Source of the DNA: an uncultured Acidobacteriota bacterium
Lineage (GTDB): Bacteria; Actinomycetota; Acidimicrobiia; Spongiisociales; ZC4RG35
Length of the DNA stretch: 64,000 nt
Reading direction: 5' to 3'
NCBI GenBank assembly: GCA_963828465.1
Contig: CAWHEU010000027.1
Location: 9,309-73,308, forward strand
In this document: positions 58,521 through 64,000 of the stretch, in pieces
Layout: each line of letters begins with the position of its first letter
How positions within the stretch are numbered: position 1 is the stretch's first letter
Program-made: the position numbers and the translations under genes
Notes under the pieces: generated by a model
Seen by the model: only the letters and a program-made list of their open reading frames with translations
What the model was told of the DNA's origin: nothing
Database searches by the model: none

Positions 58521-59507
58521 TTAGGGGAGTCGGCCGAACCAAACCAGCGAGCCCACACCGGCCAGGCTGAGGAGGGCCAGGGCGGCGCCGGCAAACCAGT
58601 CACCGATCTCGACTTGTTCCTTCTCGACGGTGACGGAGCGCCCGAGATCCTCGTAGACCTGGCTGAGCTGCTCGACCGATGCCGCGGTGAGTGCCTTGCC
58701 GTCGGTCTGGCGAGCCAGTTCGGCCAGGGCTTCCTCGTTGACCGGCACCGGAACCTCGCCCTCGAACGGGTCCATGATCGTCCCGGCGTCTGTTCCGAAG
58801 GCGATGGTATGAACCGGGATGCCGGCACTGCGGGCTGCGGTGGCAGCCTCGTCGTTGGTGCGACCCATCGTTGTCTCACCATCGGAGAGGATGACGATCG
58901 TGCCGACGGCCTCGTCAGAAGTCGCCGACTCGTCATCTGTCTCACTGCCGGAAGCCTCGATGGCCTCGATACCGAGAAACACGGCCTCGCCGATCGCGGT
59001 GCCTTCTCCCAACCCGCTGTGATTGATGGATCCTTCGATCACCCGGCGCACCGCGTCGATGCGGGTGGTCGGAGAGATCAGGTTCCTGGCCACGCCGTCG
59101 AATCCGACAACCCCGACCGCGACGCCCTCGGGCACTGCGTCGAGGAACGCCCCGGCAGCCTCCCGGGCCGCGTCGACCCTGGACGGCGACACGTCTTCGG
59201 CCTCCATCGAGATCGATGTGTCGATTGCCAGCACCACCAGCTGGGTCGACTCACGGGTCTCCCCGGCTATGACCGGGCGGGCGAAGGCCATGGTCGCTAC
59301 CACCGCGGCCACGATCAGCCCTATCGCCGGGAGATGTCGGCGCCACCCTGGGCGGTCCGGTGCTACCTCATCGAGCATTTCGACCGTCGTGAACCGCATC
59401 GCATAGCGACGCCGTCTTGCTTGCAGCACCAGGTAACCGACCGTGAGGGCCACGGGCAGGATGAGAATGGCCAGACGGCCAGGCGAGAGAAACCCGAAAT
59501 CACTCAT
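58521..59507 (-). CDS. VWA domain membrane protein (BatA-like)
   Basis: N-terminal TM, WRRHLP, ARP, MIDAS DTSISM...GTAIG...LSDGE, C-terminal TM. Confidence 0.9.
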   Translation of the reverse strand: MSDFGFLSPGRLAILILPVALTVGYLVLQARRRRYAMRFTTVEMLDEVAPDRPGWRRHLPAIGLIVAAVVATMAFARPVIAGETRESTQLVVLAIDTSISMEAEDVSPSRVDAAREAAGAFLDAVPEGVAVGVVGFDGVARNLISPTTRIDAVRRVIEGSINHSGLGEGTAIGEAVFLGIEAIEASGSETDDESATSDEAVGTIVILSDGETTMGRTNDEAATAARSAGIPVHTIAFGTDAGTIMDPFEGEVPVPVNEEALAELARQTDGKALTAASVEQLSQVYEDLGRSVTVEKEQVEIGDWFAGAALALLSLAGVGSLVWFGRLP

Positions 59508-60475
59508 CGTCCCGACCTCCCCGCCGACATCAGTCTCGCCTTGCGACCTGAGACGAAACGCACGAAGTCGAGAACCCAATCGCGATCTGTTCGCAGGACC
59601 AGGTGATCGGCGCCACACGACTTGAGACGCCCCGCGACTTCGGCACGGCGCTGCTCGGCCAAGGCTGCGTAACGCTCGCGAACGCCATCCTTGGCCGTAT
59701 CGATCAGTCGACGCCTCCCCGACTCGGGATCGACCACCGCGATCAACCCGACATCGGGCAGGTCGACCTCTCGGGGATCTACCACCTCGACGGCGATCAA
59801 TTCATGTCGATGGGACATGGCCCGCAACGGGCGTTCCCAGTCGGGAGATCCCAGGAAGTCGGAGATGACCACTGCCATGCCTCGACGGCGAGCGACCTGG
59901 CCGACCATCTCGATGGCTCGACCGAGGTCACCGGTCTCCCCGTCCTCAGGAGCGACGAGGAGAGCACTGAGAACTCCGCCCGCATGTGCCGAGCCGCCAC
60001 GGGCCGGGATGAGAAGCGGACGAGAACGTCCCTTGCGGTTGGTCGAGCGAGCCGCCCCCACCCGGTTGCCGCTGTTCGATGCAAGCAGGGCAAAAGCACC
60101 GGCCGCGGACCAGGCAACCTCGTGTTTCGTGGCTCGGCCGGTGCCGAAGCCGAGACTCGACGAGGAATCGAGGATCAGCCAGACGTCGAGCTCGTGGTCG
60201 GCAACCATGTCACGAACATGGGTGTCATGGGTTCGGGCCGTCACCGCCCAGTCGATGTAACGGGGATCGTCACCCGGGACATACGGGCGTGATTCGCCCC
60301 TCTCGGTCCCGTGGCCAGGGAAGAGCCCGGCATGATCGCCGGCGAGGAGGCCATTCAGCCGACGAAGCACGGTGAGCCGCAGCCGCTCGATGGGGACCTG
60401 CGACGGCGAGGTGAGACGCGATGTGCGCGGGATCGGCTCCACCCCCGTGGGGGGCCCGGATCGTCTGAGCTGCAT
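59504..60475 (-). CDS. DUF58 domain protein
   Basis: GDHAG, RPYVPGDDPRYIDWAVTAR, LDSSSS, VISDF, DPRE. Confidence 0.9.
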   Translation of the reverse strand: MQLRRSGPPTGVEPIPRTSRLTSPSQVPIERLRLTVLRRLNGLLAGDHAGLFPGHGTERGESRPYVPGDDPRYIDWAVTARTHDTHVRDMVADHELDVWLILDSSSSLGFGTGRATKHEVAWSAAGAFALLASNSGNRVGAARSTNRKGRSRPLLIPARGGSAHAGGVLSALLVAPEDGETGDLGRAIEMVGQVARRRGMAVVISDFLGSPDWERPLRAMSHRHELIAVEVVDPREVDLPDVGLIAVVDPESGRRRLIDTAKDGVRERYAALAEQRRAEVAGRLKSCGADHLVLRTDRDWVLDFVRFVSGRKARLMSAGRSGR

Positions 60476-61518
60476 CAGACTGCCAGCGGAGCCCGGTGCC
60501 CGGCCAGTTGGGAGGACGAGACACGTGGTGAGACCACTGTCGTCATCACCTCGACCAACACGTCGTCGACGGTGACCCCGTCGGCTACCGCGTCGAAGGA
60601 CAGCACCAGCCGGTGGTTGAGTACGTCGTAGGCGATGTCGTAGACGTCCTGGGGAAGGAGATGATCTCGCCCCCGCAACAGTGCCAGGGCCCTTCCAGCG
60701 TTGATGAGCCCGATGCTGGCCCGGGGACTGGCGCCGTAAGCGAGAAGCCCGTCGATGACCACGCCGTGCTCGGCAGGGTTCCTGGTGGCGAGCACCAGCC
60801 TGACGGCATAGTCCTGCACCGCCCGGTCGACGTACACCGCTGAAGCCGCCGCCTGAAGGCCGGCCACATCCTCGGTCGACAGAAGGGCAACCGGTGATCC
60901 GGATGCCTGGTGCCGGGAACGATCAACGATCTCGTGCTCCTGGTCGGGTGTCGGGTAGTCCACCGGGATCCGCATCAGGAACCGGTCCCGCTGAGCCTCC
61001 GGCAGGGGGTACACCCCTTCCGACTCGATCGGGTTCTGCGTGGCAAGCACGAGGAACGGCAGCGGCAGGGGATATGTGGTGCCGCCGATCGAGATCTGAC
61101 GCTCCCCCATCACCTCGAGCAGCGCCGACTGGACCTTGGCCGGGGCACGGTTGATCTCGTCTGCCAGCACGAAGTTGGCGAAGACCGGGCCCAACTCCAC
61201 ATCGAACCGCTCCGTCGACGGCCGGTAGATCCGGGTGCCAACGATGTCCGAAGGCAACAGGTCGGGTGTGAACTGGATCCGGGTGAACGTGCCCCCAAGG
61301 GTCTTTGCCAATGTGGACACAGTGAGTGTCTTGCCCAGGCCGGGCACGCCCTCGAGAAGACAATGGCCACCGGCCATGAGAGCGACCAGGACGCGCTCCA
61401 GGACACGGTCCTGGCCAACGATGACTCGTTGCAACTCGGCCATCACCTCACGGAGCTGGACTCCGTGGAGTCCCGGCTGAGCCGCGTCGCTCCTCGTTGT
61501 GAATTGACTCGTGGTCAT
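60475..61518 (-). CDS. moxR: MoxR-family AAA+ ATPase
   Basis: LLEGVPGLGKT, RIQFTPDLLPSD, LADEINRAPAKVQSALLE, ATQNPIE, LPEAQRDRF, GASPRA. Confidence 0.93.
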   Translation of the reverse strand: MTTSQFTTRSDAAQPGLHGVQLREVMAELQRVIVGQDRVLERVLVALMAGGHCLLEGVPGLGKTLTVSTLAKTLGGTFTRIQFTPDLLPSDIVGTRIYRPSTERFDVELGPVFANFVLADEINRAPAKVQSALLEVMGERQISIGGTTYPLPLPFLVLATQNPIESEGVYPLPEAQRDRFLMRIPVDYPTPDQEHEIVDRSRHQASGSPVALLSTEDVAGLQAAASAVYVDRAVQDYAVRLVLATRNPAEHGVVIDGLLAYGASPRASIGLINAGRALALLRGRDHLLPQDVYDIAYDVLNHRLVLSFDAVADGVTVDDVLVEVMTTVVSPRVSSSQLAGHRAPLAV

Positions 61519-62735
61519 GAGGTTTCTCCCTCCCCTGGCGCCGCAGGGGCGGGCACACCAAGCAGCTCCTCCAGGAGCTGTTGCAGCTCCGGCGGGATGT
61601 CGGCGGTGCCGAACATCTCTTCAAGCATCTCTTCCAATCCGGGAAGATCCTCCAGACCCCCCGGTCCTTCGGGGCCGAATAGGTCATCGAGTCCGGGCAG
61701 AAGGTCTTCAAGGCCGGGAACCAAGCCTCCCAACCCACCGGCATCCTCCGGAGCGGGCACGGTCGGGGCCTCGACGCCGCCGTTCGCCTCGACCTCTTCC
61801 ATCAGCGACGCGAAGTCCTCGACAGGCACTGCGAACCCGACACCGTCGTTACCGCCAGACATGGAGGCGATCGCGGTGTTGATGCCGATGACCTTGGCCT
61901 CGGCGTCGGCGAGCGGGCCTCCAGAATTGCCCGGGTTGATCGGAGTGTCTGTCTGGATGAGCCCGGTGAGAGTGCCCATCGGCGTCTCCAATTCACGGTC
62001 GAGGCCCGAGATGATCCCGGCAGTCACCGACTGCTGGAACCCGAACGGGCTCCCCATTGCGATGGCCGGCTCGCCTACTTCGACCGTTCCCGGCTCGGCG
62101 ATGGTTGCCGCGACCAAATCGGTTGCATCGGTGAGAGCAACGATGGCGAGATCACGCTCGGGGATTCGCCCCACCACCCGCCCGCTGAACGAACGCTCGT
62201 CGGCGGTCATGACGGTCACCTCATCTGAGAATGAGACAACGTGATGTGCGGTCAGGACCAGCCCTGAAGTGTCGTAGATCACACCCGAGCCGACCCCTCC
62301 CCCGGCCTCCAACCCGCCGAGGATCTCGATATGGACGACGGCGGGGCCCAAGGCTGCTGCAACCGCGCCCGGACTACCGGCCTCCGCCTCCTCGGCAGCC
62401 ACCGTCGGTGTCGTCGCGACCGGCGCCTCGCGCTGCCAGAGCCAGACCGCGGCGCCAACCAGTACGACCACAACCGCCGTCAACGCATAGGTGAACGTGC
62501 GCAGACCGCTTCTGGGCGTCTTCTCCGCCACCTCCGCGGGCTCTGTTTGCACCACGACCGGTTGCTCCTCGCTGATTGGCGGGTGCGGGTCGCCGATGGG
62601 CGGCGAAGCCGGAAGGTCGCGCCAGGACCGCCGTCTGGGGCGGAGCTTCGGCGGGCTGGGGTCGAGTTGGGTCAAGGCATCCTCCGTGTGGTCAACCGCC
62701 GCAACATATGGGATGACCTTTAAAAGGCCCGTCAA
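61515..62735 (-). CDS. Membrane-anchored trypsin-like S1C (HtrA-like) serine protease without PDZ; start uncertain
   Basis: TM helix; GSGVI, LTAHHVV, DLAIV, GSPFG, IQTDTPINPGNSGGPL, GVGFAVP; acidic low-complexity tail. Confidence 0.87.
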   Translation of the reverse strand: MTGLLKVIPYVAAVDHTEDALTQLDPSPPKLRPRRRSWRDLPASPPIGDPHPPISEEQPVVVQTEPAEVAEKTPRSGLRTFTYALTAVVVVLVGAAVWLWQREAPVATTPTVAAEEAEAGSPGAVAAALGPAVVHIEILGGLEAGGGVGSGVIYDTSGLVLTAHHVVSFSDEVTVMTADERSFSGRVVGRIPERDLAIVALTDATDLVAATIAEPGTVEVGEPAIAMGSPFGFQQSVTAGIISGLDRELETPMGTLTGLIQTDTPINPGNSGGPLADAEAKVIGINTAIASMSGGNDGVGFAVPVEDFASLMEEVEANGGVEAPTVPAPEDAGGLGGLVPGLEDLLPGLDDLFGPEGPGGLEDLPGLEEMLEEMFGTADIPPELQQLLEELLGVPAPAAPGEGETS

Positions 62736-62751
62736 GCGGTCAGCGAGGCCT

Positions 62752-63804
62752 CTAGCCAGGTCGCGTTGCGGCGTGGATCCGATCGGGTGCGATGACCGCC
62801 TTCGGGTCAGCGCCGATCTCCAGCGGCAACCAGACTGTGAAAACGGAGCCTCCGCCCTCTTCGGACTCGACTGTCACCGCCCCGCCCTGGGCTTCGGTGA
62901 GTTGGCGGGCAATCGTTAGCCCCAATCCGGCCTCGCCATTCCCCGTACCACGCTCGCGCTCGTGATGGCCTTGCCATCCCCTCTCGAACACACGGGCATG
63001 GAGATGAGGAGCCAGGCCGGGACCCTCGTCGATCACCGCGATCCAGGCCCAGCCGTTGAGCCGACCCCAATCGATGCCAACCGACGACCCCTGCGGCGCC
63101 AGGCGTACCACGTTACTGAGAAAGTTCCCGATGGCGATACGCACCGCGGCCGGGTCGACCGACGGAACGGTCGTATGAGATGCCCCGATGAGCTCGACGT
63201 TGACCCCGCGTGCACGGGCAGGGCCGACGTGCTCGGCCACCGCCGACTCGGCGAGGTCGGCCAGGTCGACAGGGCCATTTCCCTGCTCGACCGCCAGCCC
63301 GCCGTGGCCGGCGAGGTCATCGACGGTTCGCGCCATCCTGCTCACCGCCCGGCGGGCAGCGTCGATATATCCCGCAGCTCCGGGCTCGTGCCCGGCCTCG
63401 ATTGCTGCGAGCTCGAGATTCGTGCCCATCACGGCAAGCGGAGTGCGTAGCTCGTGGACGACTTCCTGGGTCCGGCTGCGACGCTCGACTTCTGCGGCCT
63501 CGACCTCCGCCCGGGCCTGCGCCACAACCCGTCTCACCCGACCAGCAACGAGCCAGGCGACGACGACGGCCGGGATCATGGCCAGGGCAGGCGCCAACAA
63601 GCCGGAATCGATGAGCCCGTCGAGCGATCCTTCTTCGGCCACTATCACCACCAGGTCGTCACCGACCTGGGCAATGCCGGTCCGGGCGTCGGCCCACGGC
63701 TCGTGACTCACGAGGAGAGCGACCGTCACCACCATGACCACAAACGCCATGAGGACGGCTGGCGCCATCAGGACTATCGCCAATCGAACCCTGGACCCGC
63801 TCAT
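62752..63804 (-). CDS. Sensor histidine kinase
   Basis: Two TMs; HELRTPL, NFLSN, DEGPG, F box, GLGL, GG..F; ATG 63804 overlaps the regulator stop. Confidence 0.88.
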   Translation of the reverse strand: MSGSRVRLAIVLMAPAVLMAFVVMVVTVALLVSHEPWADARTGIAQVGDDLVVIVAEEGSLDGLIDSGLLAPALAMIPAVVVAWLVAGRVRRVVAQARAEVEAAEVERRSRTQEVVHELRTPLAVMGTNLELAAIEAGHEPGAAGYIDAARRAVSRMARTVDDLAGHGGLAVEQGNGPVDLADLAESAVAEHVGPARARGVNVELIGASHTTVPSVDPAAVRIAIGNFLSNVVRLAPQGSSVGIDWGRLNGWAWIAVIDEGPGLAPHLHARVFERGWQGHHERERGTGNGEAGLGLTIARQLTEAQGGAVTVESEEGGGSVFTVWLPLEIGADPKAVIAPDRIHAATRPG

Positions 63805-64000
63805 GTGTCGGCCTTCAACATGTAGCCACGTCCGGGAAGGGTCACGATCAGGTGCGCAGCCGCCACCGATGACAGCTTTCGACGCAGATTGGACAAGGTC
63901 ATCCTCACCGTGTTGGTGAAGGGATCGGCGTGCTCGTCCCAAACATGCTCGAGAAGACGCTCGGCGCTGTGTACCTCCTCGGGATGCAGGAGAAACCAGC
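63801..64000 (-). CDS. OmpR/PhoB-family response regulator, C-terminal fragment (CutR-like)
   Basis: Not in ORF track. Manual translation SAERLLEHVWDEHADPFTNTVRMTLSNLRRKL...IVTLPGRGYML, stop at 63801. Confidence 0.88.
   Translation of the reverse strand, partial: WFLLHPEEVHSAERLLEHVWDEHADPFTNTVRMTLSNLRRKLSSVAAAHLIVTLPGRGYMLKADT

Noticed and set aside
1-64000. Mobile elements, prophage, defence systems, tRNA or rRNA
   Set aside because: No transposase, integrase, phage, cas or structural RNA gene signatures were recognised by eye.

Overview
High-GC, gene-dense bacterial DNA. Gene content (F420-type oxidoreductase, ECF42/DGPF pair, many apparently leaderless genes, lipoproteins with Thr-rich linkers) points to an actinobacterium, plausibly Acidimicrobiia; this is inferred. 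No rRNA, tRNA, CRISPR array or transposase was recognised. Left to right: galD/galBC oxalomesaconate enzymes with a benzoate-CoA-ligase-like gene; csoR-copB copper efflux; a complete L-rhamnose uptake and catabolism cluster with an FMN lactate dehydrogenase; ECF sigma factors, a LipJ-like cyclase and an unusual ECF/anti-sigma-like pair; a 21-kb methylated-osmolyte/C1 island (28.5-49.4 kb); then redox, ArsR-SRPBCC and DUF4331-TPR genes and a TCS-protease-MoxR-DUF58-VWA operon. The C1 island is the strongest candidate for an undescribed system. It holds a DmdA-like demethylase, MetF, a non-pyrrolysine MttB, a RamA/RACE-type activator, a pterin methyltransferase, a 'virulence factor' domain protein, DUF1638, a corrinoid protein, a dimethylglycine-dehydrogenase-like enzyme with ETF, an orphan SDR, BetB, ProVWX and a stand-alone homocysteine methyltransferase behind a SAM-II-like riboswitch. 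Genes between about 2.8 and 29.2 kb carry many frameshifts, probably long-read indel errors; genes to the right read intact. All calls come from motif recognition only; no database searches were run.
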